Made by a program: the position numbers and the translations under genes
Virus record (IMG/VR): IMGVR_UViG_3300037478_000343
Span: 4,180-68,179 of that record
Source of the DNA: a virus
Reading direction: 5' to 3' (one strand)
DNA length: 64,000 nt
Shown here: positions 24,837-34,194 of the stretch, piece after piece
Layout of the letters: each line of letters opens with the position of its first letter
How positions within the stretch are numbered: the stretch's first letter is position 1
The notes under the pieces: generated by a model
What the model was told of the DNA's origin: nothing
The model's input: only the letters and a program-made list of their open reading frames with translations
Databases searched by the model: none

Positions 24837-26788
24837 ATCGACTGATCCGACATCTTGCCGGCGGCTTGCTGCTGTCTGTTGCTCTGGCGTTCGTGTCTAT
24901 TCAGACCAACGTAGAGTTTCTGGGCGGAGGTATCGACGTAAGCATCAGCAGCGACGCCCATGCGCTGCTGGTCAAAAAGCAGCTCGCGGAAAACCCGGAC
25001 GGCACTCGGGATACGGCGTTCCCGACCGGCAACAAACCGATCGGTGGGAGTGTCTGTTCGACGTGGACCTGCGATGATTTCGGCGCGGCCGTGGCCGACA
25101 TCGACGAGGATTCGGCGACGCAAGTTACCCTCGCTGTGGATTCTCCAACGGATGAAGGAGAGATCGGACTAGCTTATAAGTCGTTTGCCAGCGGCGACAT
25201 CAATGCGCGCGCCCTGCTGCCAGCAATTGCATCGTGGGACGGATACACGGGGCATAATTTTACAGGCGTCGGTGTCGGCATTCGGGAGACGACAGAAGTC
25301 AATCCGGAGGATGACTATTTTGCTCAGTGCTGGCTACCGAAGACTGGCGGACTGAGATGCAAATACGGAACGCCAGGCAATACTTCAAACTTCACAGGCG
25401 AGCTATCGGAAGTCGGTCCGATACATACTGTGGCGCAGTATGACGAGAGCGCAACCGATCTAAAGTTCGGCTATTCATCTGACGGGAACACATTCACGCA
25501 ACTCGGCGAGACGGTCGACAAGACGCTCACTTGCACTGTCTCCGACCCCTGTCTGGGTTATGCGTTTGTCACTTCGCACGCCACTGGTCAGACGACCATT
25601 CTCAGCGTTACGGAGTTTACGGCCAACTCCACGCTGACAAATATTGGCGCGCCTCCAACTGATCCGGGACCGCGTCAGGTTTTTGCCTCGATCAATTTCG
25701 AGAGCGGCCAGCTACAGGCAAACGGTACTGACCCGGACGGCGTGTTCCTGGCAACCCTGCCGGAGCCTCAGACCGATACCAATGCTTGCCCGCACATCGG
25801 TACTTTTTCGAGTGGCGGGGATACGCTGGTCAAGCAATGCAGTATAGGCAGCGGTGGCGCGGGGCCATTGACGAGCATAGATGCTCGCGTGGCTGCCTCC
25901 GACACCGTGCCGGCAAGCGGCAATGGCGGCGGTGCAGAGGTAGTAAACCCGAGAGCGGGCGACTTTTTCTTTCGGAATGCAATTTACTTCGGCAAGGATT
26001 ATTCGCAATTCACCGGTAACAGTCTGAAAAACAAGCCCCGCGTCACCATGGTGCAGAACAACACGTATCGCACTACTTTCGACAAGGAGGGCTATACCTC
26101 GATCTCTGTCTACTTGCCGGAGAATTTCGAGCACGAGACTGGCAAGAAGGGAGATGTCGGCAGAAATAACATCCTGAACATGTCCAATGCTCAGGCGTTT
26201 TTTGCCATTCAGTATTTTGTTCCGACAGCCGGCACGGTCGCACACTGGCATCTACAGAGGAACGACAGCGACAGCACAACTGATTGGAACGACACGCCCA
26301 ACATCTATACCGACATAGGATCTGTCGTTCCCGATCTTGGCAAATGGACAGATTTTATCATCCGCTGGCTATGGAATCCCGCCAGAAGCGGGCAGGGCTA
26401 TGCGTGTCCTCGCAACTTTACGTCTGCCCCTGCTGTTTCTGGCGCGATCAATGCGTCCTACGATTGTGACGTGGGCATTTTGCAAGTGTGGAAATCGACC
26501 GGAGATCCCGATGTAAACGGTGACCGGCAGATGGAGCTTGTCCATAGTCAGTTGAATACCATGGTCGGGCTTGTGCCACTAGCGAGCCAGCCGTTAATTG
26601 CACACAGCATCCGTCAGTACAAGTTCGGATGGCATTCGCAGCCGACAGATGTCGCTGGCCCGATCTGGCACGGCTATGATGAGATTTATTGGGGCGAGGT
26701 CGTGCGAGACGGCACCACCTGGCAGGACGTGCATCCGACGCAGAAGGCGTGCGCGGATATCGCGGTTGAGCCTCTGGATTGTCCATGA
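24833..26788 (+). CDS. secreted protein (651 aa) with Sec signal peptide; C-terminal region resembles a jelly-roll lectin or polysaccharide-lyase-like domain
   Basis: MNRLIRHLAGGLLLSVALAFVS signal peptide. Thr/Ser/Gly/Asp/Asn-rich, beta-rich. C-terminal W/Y/H-rich segment (...AIQYFVPTAG...HWHLQ...YKFGWHSQ...IWHGYDEIYWGE). ATGA coupling to the upstream gene. Confidence 0.7.
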   Translation: MNRLIRHLAGGLLLSVALAFVSIQTNVEFLGGGIDVSISSDAHALLVKKQLAENPDGTRDTAFPTGNKPIGGSVCSTWTCDDFGAAVADIDEDSATQVTLAVDSPTDEGEIGLAYKSFASGDINARALLPAIASWDGYTGHNFTGVGVGIRETTEVNPEDDYFAQCWLPKTGGLRCKYGTPGNTSNFTGELSEVGPIHTVAQYDESATDLKFGYSSDGNTFTQLGETVDKTLTCTVSDPCLGYAFVTSHATGQTTILSVTEFTANSTLTNIGAPPTDPGPRQVFASINFESGQLQANGTDPDGVFLATLPEPQTDTNACPHIGTFSSGGDTLVKQCSIGSGGAGPLTSIDARVAASDTVPASGNGGGAEVVNPRAGDFFFRNAIYFGKDYSQFTGNSLKNKPRVTMVQNNTYRTTFDKEGYTSISVYLPENFEHETGKKGDVGRNNILNMSNAQAFFAIQYFVPTAGTVAHWHLQRNDSDSTTDWNDTPNIYTDIGSVVPDLGKWTDFIIRWLWNPARSGQGYACPRNFTSAPAVSGAINASYDCDVGILQVWKSTGDPDVNGDRQMELVHSQLNTMVGLVPLASQPLIAHSIRQYKFGWHSQPTDVAGPIWHGYDEIYWGEVVRDGTTWQDVHPTQKACADIAVEPLDCP

Positions 26789-28602
26789 ATCGTTTCGGTC
26801 TCTTATCTTTGTTGCTTATTAGCACATCCGCGTTGGCTGATGTTGCTGTCGTTGGAACGCCGAATGCCAGTGTGGCGGATGGGGGTTCGTATACTTGTGA
26901 AACTGGATCTGATCGCGCTTGCATCTGGGTGCCGGCTTATCGTCTAACAGGAACTTTCCTCGACTTGCAGTCCGCAACCTATGGCGCTGCGTCGATGGCG
27001 ATACAGGCCGAAGCGACAAACTCGACCGTTGGCAGTAACGGACAAGGTATCGCTCTGGCGCATTTGCTGGAAGCAGCTATTCCAGGCGGCTCTAATATTT
27101 TCACAGGAACCTGGGATACTCCGCCGGGCTTTACCATTGGAGCAGCTTTTACTCTTTCTGGCATAGATCAATTTACGCCGATTGTCGATTTTGATGTACA
27201 AACCGGTACCGGTGCGAGCGATGCTGTTATTTCCAATCTCTCGGTGGTTGAGGGTGGAATCGCGATTTTTGGTGTCGTGACCAATGCCGGGATTACCAGC
27301 GTTCCATCGGGGCATACGGCTATATGGGACAACGTGCTGATCGACGGTGGATCGGTTGAAACGTCCCTTTCCTATATATTGAATTCTGCAGATGGAACGG
27401 AAACCTCGACTTGGACTAAAGGTACCGGCGTCTGGTGGGCGTTTGGAGTTTCTTACGCTCCGGCAGGAGCAGTGGCCACACCGGATTTTGATTCCGGCCC
27501 GACGCTGGATTCCGTTACTGCAAGCAGCATCACGCTGGATTACGACGCCAATGCCGATGCTGAGAACGTTCAGTGCATGGCGACGGACACGGCTGCAGCG
27601 GCACCAACAGCCGCAGCGATCGAGGCACAGACTGGCTCGCATGGCTATGCGACGGAAGTAACGACCGGCAGCGCTGACACCATCACGGTCGATATCACCG
27701 ATGCGCAGGTGTTTCCTCTCTACGACGTGCATTGCATGGTCGAGGAAGGAACGAGTAATTACAGTGCTGTCGTAACGGTCAGCGATATTGCAATGACCGC
27801 GCCCACGGGCAAGCAATTTGCCGAAATAACCTCGATCGGCACCGGCAGTCCTTGCGAGGATTTCAATACCGCGACCAATCCGGATATCGCAGCCGGGGAT
27901 TACCTGCGAGCCGACAACACGACTACTCCGGGCTCTTATGCCCTGACGATCAGCGCGGCCTGTCAGTTCATCTATACCGGTGACGATAGCCAGCAAACGG
28001 CACTGGATACGCTGGTGTACGACCTGTCGGCCGGCGATTATCACGCGGATGACATTGATTTCGTCTCGAACAACCACGCGCCGGTCTGCGAGGAAGAAAC
28101 GCTCGTCTATGTTTTTGACGAAGATGTGGCAATTGATGAGATTGATTTCAATGCGGTCTGTGAAGACGAAGATCCATCTGACACACTGACGTTTGCGGTT
28201 ACGGCTGGAATCCTGCCGAATGGTCTGACGCTAAGTAGCGCCGGAGTGCTCAGCGGTACGCCAGATACTGAAGACGAAGCGGGTGTTGCGATCACAGCCG
28301 AAGCCTGCGATCAGTGGGACGATTGCGATACCTTCTCCCCCTTTTTGTACGTAGTGAACACTGTGACTCTGCCGAACTACGTTGGGGGAAGTCTGGCAAG
28401 TGCCACAAGCGCCCACGCGGCGGCATTCCCTTGGCAGAATGAGGAGCTTTCGTTGATCGCAACGTTCAGTTGCTCAGATGAGGCTGCCAACGAGGTCATC
28501 AGTCAGGACCCTGTTGCCACTACTGAGGTTACGGCATTCGATGGAGTGTCGATAAAGGTTTCGAGCGGCCGCACATGTTCCGCCATCAGGAGACGACGTT
28601 GA
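26785..28602 (+). CDS. secreted protein (605 aa) with Sec signal peptide, FN3-like and cadherin-like (He_PIG) domains
   Basis: MNRFGLLSLLLISTSALA|DV signal peptide. PTLDSVTASSITLDYDA (FN3-like). LPNGLTLSSAGVLSGTPDTEDEAGV (He_PIG/dystroglycan-type cadherin-like motif). ATGA overlap with the upstream stop; same ATGAATCG start context as the previous gene. Confidence 0.7.
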   Translation: MNRFGLLSLLLISTSALADVAVVGTPNASVADGGSYTCETGSDRACIWVPAYRLTGTFLDLQSATYGAASMAIQAEATNSTVGSNGQGIALAHLLEAAIPGGSNIFTGTWDTPPGFTIGAAFTLSGIDQFTPIVDFDVQTGTGASDAVISNLSVVEGGIAIFGVVTNAGITSVPSGHTAIWDNVLIDGGSVETSLSYILNSADGTETSTWTKGTGVWWAFGVSYAPAGAVATPDFDSGPTLDSVTASSITLDYDANADAENVQCMATDTAAAAPTAAAIEAQTGSHGYATEVTTGSADTITVDITDAQVFPLYDVHCMVEEGTSNYSAVVTVSDIAMTAPTGKQFAEITSIGTGSPCEDFNTATNPDIAAGDYLRADNTTTPGSYALTISAACQFIYTGDDSQQTALDTLVYDLSAGDYHADDIDFVSNNHAPVCEEETLVYVFDEDVAIDEIDFNAVCEDEDPSDTLTFAVTAGILPNGLTLSSAGVLSGTPDTEDEAGVAITAEACDQWDDCDTFSPFLYVVNTVTLPNYVGGSLASATSAHAAAFPWQNEELSLIATFSCSDEAANEVISQDPVATTEVTAFDGVSIKVSSGRTCSAIRRRR

Positions 28603-29267
28603 AAAGACTATGGCTATTGCTGCTTCCCGCCATCGCAGGAGCGGATCAGAACATCACTCGTGACTACGGCGTATCGACCACGATTAACACATGCCTGGCG
28701 GTCTATGCTGACCCGGTGGATTTCGAGGCTTCTGCGACATTCGAGGCCGGCGATGTCGTGGTCATGAAGGATGAGGGTACGCCTGCAAACATCGGAACTT
28801 TGCCGACAGACGAGGGAACCTGCTATTCGATACCGTTGACCGCCACGGAAATGCAGGCCGAGCGAGTCACGGTCACTCTGGTTGACCAGACTGGTACCAA
28901 GGTGTGGATGGATCATGCCATCTATATCGAGACTTACGGCGATGCGTCGAGCCAGCATCCGGATATTGATCCGGCCACTGCCCAGCAAAGACTGGAAATA
29001 TTGCAGCGTGGCCTGTCCCAGAACGATACCACCATCGCCACGCTGGCCAGCCAGGTCAGCTTTACCCTCACCGCCGGCAGCTCCGACGACGATGCTTACA
29101 ACCCCTGCACGGCCATGATTACGGATCAGTCCACCGCTGAGCAGATCGCGATGGGTGACATCATGGACTACACCGGCAGCACCAAGACGGTATTGCTGCG
29201 GTTTGATCCGGGCATTTTCACTATGGCCACAGGCGATCTGGTTACGATCACCTGTCTGGGGCGGTAA
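28575..29267 (+). CDS. secreted beta-rich protein (230 aa) with signal peptide
   Basis: ...KRLWLLLLPAIAGA|DQ signal peptide. Thr/Asp-rich. Confidence 0.55.
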   Translation: MFRHQETTLKRLWLLLLPAIAGADQNITRDYGVSTTINTCLAVYADPVDFEASATFEAGDVVVMKDEGTPANIGTLPTDEGTCYSIPLTATEMQAERVTVTLVDQTGTKVWMDHAIYIETYGDASSQHPDIDPATAQQRLEILQRGLSQNDTTIATLASQVSFTLTAGSSDDDAYNPCTAMITDQSTAEQIAMGDIMDYTGSTKTVLLRFDPGIFTMATGDLVTITCLGR

Positions 29268-29269
29268 CC

Positions 29270-29830
29270 ATGTGGTGGGTTAAATCAGGGTCGGTCGACC
29301 GAAAGATTCCCTTCAACATGGGAGATATTGGACTGTCCAGCTTCACCGTGTACCGCTCACGCAACGGCGGCACACCGGCGGCCATGACCAGCCCGACCAT
29401 CGACGAGTTGGACGACACCAATATGCCGGGTGAATACGCCGTGACATTTGACGAGGACACCACCATGGACGCCGGTAGCATTACGGAACCGATGGTGCTG
29501 ATGGTCTCGCATGCCGGTGTCGCTCCGGTACGGATCGAGGTGACCTTGTTCAACAACCTGCCATCGGACATCGTTCTGGTCAACGGCGCGGCAACCGGGG
29601 TCATCCTCGGAGAGGCCGAGACTGGCACCCTGTCGACAACCCAGATCACATCTGACCTGACCGGCTTTACCGCTGACCAGCTCGAAGGCCGAAGACTGGT
29701 GGTGATCGGAGGGCCGGCAGAGGGCGAGTCGCGCGCCATTGATGCCTACGTCGAGTCCGGTGGCCTGATCACTTTCGCCGAGGCCATGACCGTCGCGATG
29801 GAAGACGGGGACCCGTTCAAGATCGTCTAA
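29270..29830 (+). CDS. beta-rich protein (186 aa), paralogous to the C-terminal region of the preceding protein, no signal peptide
   Basis: Shared pattern ...GTPA...PTxDE...VTL... between the two proteins. Confidence 0.5.
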   Translation: MWWVKSGSVDRKIPFNMGDIGLSSFTVYRSRNGGTPAAMTSPTIDELDDTNMPGEYAVTFDEDTTMDAGSITEPMVLMVSHAGVAPVRIEVTLFNNLPSDIVLVNGAATGVILGEAETGTLSTTQITSDLTGFTADQLEGRRLVVIGGPAEGESRAIDAYVESGGLITFAEAMTVAMEDGDPFKIV

Positions 29831-30076
29831 AAATAAATCGGCCAAGTTCTTTCGCGACCCTGTTTCATGGTCTACGATAAAAACCTCAATCGAATGGGAG
29901 AGTACCGTGCAATGGTATTTGATCGTATTGCTGATGCCCCTCAACGAAGACCCAAGGGTGTTCGAGTTCACAGTCAAGAGTGAGCAGGCGTGCGCGGAAG
30001 CTGCCCTTGAGGTCGAGATTGGACTGGACTCCGAGAAGGACCTCTACGAGGGATACACCATCCTGTGTGAGGCTCG

Positions 30077-30433
30077 GTGAGCGTTTTGGGCGACGGCTGG
30101 AAGGACGATGGTCGCTGGGACAAGAGCGACCGCCCGCGTCCATGGGTTGTTACTTCGTACGTGCTCAGCTTCGTCCTTGTGTTTGTCATGGGGGCCTTCT
30201 GGAGCGCCACGGACGGACCTAAGCGGTCACCGGAAGCATCATGCTTTTTCCACATGATGGAATTCACCGCCCTGAAGGCATGCTACGAAAAGGTCGGTTG
30301 CCATCTCACCAAAGACGAGGTGGCGACACTCGACGAACACCACAAGCAGAGCGTCCTGCAGTGTGAGCGTTACATCTTCATCAATTCCTTGTCAGTGGGA
30401 TTGGTACCAGATGCTCCCAGCGAGGGGACTTGA
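30077..30433 (+). CDS. membrane protein (118 aa, one TM)
   Basis: ORF track. TM segment WVVTSYVLSFVLVFVMGAFW. GTG start. Confidence 0.4.
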   Translation: MSVLGDGWKDDGRWDKSDRPRPWVVTSYVLSFVLVFVMGAFWSATDGPKRSPEASCFFHMMEFTALKACYEKVGCHLTKDEVATLDEHHKQSVLQCERYIFINSLSVGLVPDAPSEGT

Positions 30434-30659
30434 AGTGAGCAATCCAAAACTAACCGGTGTTGGCTGGGCGTGGGAATTTCAGGACCTCGACGGCAAATGG
30501 GTCATCTGCAATTGGGCTGTGCCTTTCAAGGAATGGCTCAAAGACGATTACTCGAAACCCAGCGACGAAGCACGACCGATCCGCGTAGAAATAATCCCAA
30601 CGTCGAAGCGAAACCGCAAAAGGTACGGGATCAAAGTACCGGAGACGTCAAATGTCTGA
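30411..30659 (+). CDS. hypothetical protein (start uncertain: ATG 30411 or GTG 30435 with GAGGGG RBS)
   Basis: Track ORF 30363..30659. Confidence 0.35.
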   Translation: MLPARGLEVSNPKLTGVGWAWEFQDLDGKWVICNWAVPFKEWLKDDYSKPSDEARPIRVEIIPTSKRNRKRYGIKVPETSNV

Positions 30660-30870
30660 CGGCGTATCACAACCGCACGAAAAGCGCCCGATCAAGTGGT
30701 GGTTTGGCGATCGTCAAGATCGCTCTGGGTGGGTCACAGAATCGGTGGCGATCCTCAGACAGGACGAAAGTGTGATCTACGTTCACCATGGATACCGACC
30801 GCTCCTGGACGGCGACAAGACGGCACGGAAGGAGTTCTTCTTCAGGGGAGCGCGCGTGTGTCGAGCTTAG
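30652..30870 (+). CDS. hypothetical protein (72 aa)
   Basis: ORF track. GGAGACG RBS. Confidence 0.4.
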   Translation: MSDGVSQPHEKRPIKWWFGDRQDRSGWVTESVAILRQDESVIYVHHGYRPLLDGDKTARKEFFFRGARVCRA

Positions 30871-30911
30871 GGCCATTCGCAACCCAGAGGAAATCCCGGT
30901 GGGTTAGCAAG

Positions 30912-31241
30912 ATGCTGACCGGCATAGACAGCGGGTTCGGTCATGAAGATCTGTCTTGGGCCAACAGGGCCATGCTGGCGATTGATGGCCTCGACTTGGC
31001 CGGCCAAGAGGTAACCGCAAACTATCTCCGCGATCACTTGGCTCCGGTCGTGGGATTCCCCCCGCATAAGTCACACTTGGGCACTCTGATCCGACGAGGG
31101 ACAGAAACCGGACTGTTGCGCCGTACCGGGAGAAAGGTACGGATAGATGGGAACGTCGCCTGTAGTGGTTACGTTATCGCAGGCCGGGCTGAGGTTGACC
31201 GGTCAAATCGTTTGGTGGTGCTTCCAAGGGAGGAGAAATGA
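30912..31241 (+). CDS. hypothetical protein (about 109 aa; start uncertain)
   Basis: Track ORF 30696..31241. First ATG (MLTGIDSG...) taken as the start. Confidence 0.35.
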   Translation: MLTGIDSGFGHEDLSWANRAMLAIDGLDLAGQEVTANYLRDHLAPVVGFPPHKSHLGTLIRRGTETGLLRRTGRKVRIDGNVACSGYVIAGRAEVDRSNRLVVLPREEK

Positions 31242-31495
31242 TGGACAGATCAGCAATAGAAAGCACATCCGACGAGGTTCGGCGCAAGCTCTACTGCCGA
31301 ATCGAGAAGGCCCCTCCAGGCGCAACCGAGGTTGAGGTGTCTCTGCTGAAGGATGTGACTGCTTTGCTGCTGGACTACTCTTTTGAACTGGCACAGGCAG
31401 ACCGGCATGCGGATGACCTATGGTCGCAGCTTCTGAAGGAGAAGCGTGCCGTATTGTATCGAGATCGTGTTATTTCCAAGTACCGGGCGGGGTAG
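31238..31495 (+). CDS. hypothetical protein (85 aa)
   Basis: Strong GGGAGGAG RBS. ATGA overlap. Confidence 0.5.
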   Translation: MMDRSAIESTSDEVRRKLYCRIEKAPPGATEVEVSLLKDVTALLLDYSFELAQADRHADDLWSQLLKEKRAVLYRDRVISKYRAG

Positions 31496-31496
31496 A

Positions 31497-31712
31497 ATGG
31501 AAACCTCCGCGGCACCGGTTGGGACTCCATTCAGGGTGTGGATAAGCTGCCGCAGGAAAAAGCGCTACGGGCACAAGAAGGATGCGCGGATGGCCTTGCT
31601 GCAGTGCTGGAGGCGTGGCAGGAGCGAACGATCATTCTACCAGTGCGAGCATTGCAATGGCGGATTTCACCCGACCAAAAAGGAGCCCGGAGAGGGCGGT
31701 AGGGAAACGTAA
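31497..31712 (+). CDS. small zinc-finger protein (about 71 aa), possible late-gene regulator
   Basis: Within track ORF 31446..31712. Cys spacing C...C...CEHC with basic patches. Lies immediately upstream of the packaging/structural genes. Confidence 0.4.
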   Translation: METSAAPVGTPFRVWISCRRKKRYGHKKDARMALLQCWRRGRSERSFYQCEHCNGGFHPTKKEPGEGGRET

Positions 31713-32291
31713 ATGCAGGCTTTCGACTTCCTAAATGACCTCATGCAGTGGCTGGGCGAACTGGCGCCGCGGTGGGATTTGTTGGAGCCTACTCACGGCG
31801 GGGTCAAATTCAAGTGGCGGGGCAAGGTTTCGCAACTGACTCCGGGACGCATTTACTGGTGGTGGCCTGTTACTACTAAGGTCAGAACAATACCGATCAA
31901 GCGCCAGACAATGGTGATCGGACAGCGCCTGACCACCAAGGATGAAATATCCGTGGCGGCCAACATCGTGGTGGCATACGTGATTGACGACGTGACTCTG
32001 GCCCTTGTAGAGACCATAGACCATAGCGACACCATTGGTGAGATTGCCCAGAAGCTAACGATCAAGCCCCTGATGGGCCGCACCTTCGACGAAATTATCA
32101 CGGACATGGCAGACAACAACAACATGCGAAACGAATGCACGCGGGAGGCCAAGAAGCTTCTGCGGGAATACGGTGTGGGGGTGCTTGATGCGTACGTGAG
32201 TGACTTTACCGAGACAACGGTGTTTTCTCACGATGGGGACGGGATGGTGATCAACCGAGGATACGAGCATGGCGAGGAAGACTATTCGTAG
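31713..32291 (+). CDS. SPFH/band-7 (stomatin/prohibitin-like) domain protein
   Basis: VIGQRLTTKDEISVAANIVVAYVIDDVTLALVETIDHSDTIGEIAQKLTIKPLMGRTFDEIITDM...AKKLLREYGVGVLDAYVSDFTE follows the SPFH domain pattern. Confidence 0.6.
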   Translation: MQAFDFLNDLMQWLGELAPRWDLLEPTHGGVKFKWRGKVSQLTPGRIYWWWPVTTKVRTIPIKRQTMVIGQRLTTKDEISVAANIVVAYVIDDVTLALVETIDHSDTIGEIAQKLTIKPLMGRTFDEIITDMADNNNMRNECTREAKKLLREYGVGVLDAYVSDFTETTVFSHDGDGMVINRGYEHGEEDYS

Positions 32292-32547
32292 CAGGATTCG
32301 CAAATGGGTTTGGCTGGTCAGTGGCGCGCAGGCCGAACTGGACAAGCAAGACCGCCACATGCTTCTCGTACGTCGAACGCTCGGGGATGCACTCGAAAAT
32401 CTTCGTAAAGCACGGGGCAGGAAGATAGGCGCCCTCATGGGCGGCAGCAAAAAAGCCAGCTCGGAAGATTATCCATATTCTTCCGCTCACATAACCGAGG
32501 AAGGAATGGAGTATCGGGTTCAGGAGCCCTATCGCCCAAAAGAATAA
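32269..32547 (+). CDS. hypothetical basic protein (92 aa)
   Basis: ORF track. Overlaps the end of the SPFH gene. Lies directly upstream of the large terminase. Confidence 0.3.
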   Translation: MARKTIRSRIRKWVWLVSGAQAELDKQDRHMLLVRRTLGDALENLRKARGRKIGALMGGSKKASSEDYPYSSAHITEEGMEYRVQEPYRPKE

Positions 32548-34194
32548 TTGAGTGCCGCTGCCCCCGTCCAAAACCTAACCCAGATTCAGGCCGAGCTTGC
32601 ACGGCGTGATCAGTATCGTTTTTTCAAGGACGCGTGGACAATCATGGACCCCGCGCCGTTCCACGATACGTGGCATCTTGAGGTTATCTCCGAGTTCCTG
32701 ACCTACGTGACGCTGGGAGACATCACTCGCCTAGTCGTCAGCATGCCGCCTCGCATGACAAAAAGTTTAATGTGTTCAGTCAGTTGGTGCGTATGGTCCT
32801 GGGTGCAGAACCCCAAACTGCAGTTCCTCACCGCCTCCTACGACCTCGATCTGTCCAAGCGAGATACCCTGAAGTCTCGCCGCCTTATTGAATCTGCATG
32901 GTTCCAAGAGCGATGGGGTAGAGAATTCAAGCTATCCGCCGACGAGAACATGAAGGGCCGCTACTCGAACACCAAGGGTGGTCACCGGATCGCCATCACG
33001 TCTGGCGGTAAGACTACCGGGGAGGGGGGCGATGTCATCCTGATCGACGACGCGCACAACGCGAGAGAAGTTTACTCCGATGTAAAGCGTGAGGGCGTGC
33101 TGGAGTGGTACGACAACGCTATGCGATCCCGCCTGAACAACCAGAATACCGGCGCCATCGTGCATGTCGGCCAGAGAACACACGAGGGCGACGTGATCGG
33201 GCATGTGCTCAGGAAGGAGGGCAAGGTCCAGCTCAACGACGACGGTAAGTGGGTGCATCTGGTTCTGCCGAACGAGTACCGCCCGAGTAAGCGCTGCGTG
33301 GTGTACCTACCGAAGGATGTGAAGCGCTCCAAAGAGGACCCTGACTTTGAGCCAGTTCCGATCTTCGAAGATCCGCGCCAAAAAGAGGGCGAGCTTCTGT
33401 GCCCAGGCAGGCTGGGTAAGGAGGCGACAAACGCGCTGAAGCCGCCTCACGGCATGAGTGAGCGAGACTACAACTCTCAGTACCAGCAGGACCCCGCGGC
33501 CGACCAGGGTCTCATCCTCAAAAAGCACTGGTGGCAGCCGTGGGTATATCCGGAATGGCATCCGCACCACCACCGGCGACGAGAGATGCCGAAGTGCGAG
33601 ATGTTGATCCAGATTTACGACACCGCGTTCGAGACCGAGGAGGAGAACGACTACTCGGCTCGGACCACATGGGGCGTGTTCACGTATTCGCCGGAGTCCA
33701 TGCATCACCAGACTCGCGCCATACTCAAGGGAAAGCCAAAGAGATGCGCCATTCTGGTCGAGGCATGGCGGGACAAGATCGCGTTTCCGCAGCTCAGGCG
33801 GGAGGCGATCCGCGCCTACAACAAGATGGACCCAGATATGGTTCTGATCGAGAAGAAGGCGTCGGGGCACTCCCTGATTCAAGAATTGAGGCAGTCCGGG
33901 GTGAGGGTCAAGGCCGTCGACCCCAAGGGCAAGGACAAGGTGCTGCGCGCCCACGTGAGTTCGGCGCCACTGGAACAGGGATGCATATTCTACGTGCCCG
34001 GCCACAACGAGGCGAACGACGTAATTGAGGAAGCGTCGAAATTTCCGATGGGCATCAACGACGACTATGTCGACACCGTGGTCATGATGCTGGCGTACCT
34101 GAGGCGGATGGGCTCGATTGAGTACTTCGACGAGGAGGACGACAACGAGCTTAATTTGTTCAAGCCCCGCAGGGAAAGGGGCATCTATGGCTAG
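32548..34194 (+). CDS. terL: terminase large subunit (start uncertain)
   Basis: N-terminal ATPase region (FKDAWTIMDPAPFHDTWHLEVISEFL...LVVSMPPRMTKS Walker-A-like ...VILIDDAHN Walker B) and a C-terminal RNaseH-like nuclease region, typical of Terminase_6-type TerL. 548 aa. Confidence 0.85.
   Translation: MSAAAPVQNLTQIQAELARRDQYRFFKDAWTIMDPAPFHDTWHLEVISEFLTYVTLGDITRLVVSMPPRMTKSLMCSVSWCVWSWVQNPKLQFLTASYDLDLSKRDTLKSRRLIESAWFQERWGREFKLSADENMKGRYSNTKGGHRIAITSGGKTTGEGGDVILIDDAHNAREVYSDVKREGVLEWYDNAMRSRLNNQNTGAIVHVGQRTHEGDVIGHVLRKEGKVQLNDDGKWVHLVLPNEYRPSKRCVVYLPKDVKRSKEDPDFEPVPIFEDPRQKEGELLCPGRLGKEATNALKPPHGMSERDYNSQYQQDPAADQGLILKKHWWQPWVYPEWHPHHHRRREMPKCEMLIQIYDTAFETEEENDYSARTTWGVFTYSPESMHHQTRAILKGKPKRCAILVEAWRDKIAFPQLRREAIRAYNKMDPDMVLIEKKASGHSLIQELRQSGVRVKAVDPKGKDKVLRAHVSSAPLEQGCIFYVPGHNEANDVIEEASKFPMGINDDYVDTVVMMLAYLRRMGSIEYFDEEDDNELNLFKPRRERGIYG

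Noticed and set aside
26944-28077. 377-aa minus-strand ORF across the secreted-protein genes
   Set aside because: Arg/Cys-rich junk, antisense to ORFs with clean signal peptides and domain motifs.
29906-30080. Small ORF (initially read as a 57-aa acidic protein) between the secreted cluster and the 30077 gene
   Set aside because: On rechecking the frame, an in-frame stop truncates it to about 25-41 aa with no usable RBS. An initial misreading of one base created the longer ORF.
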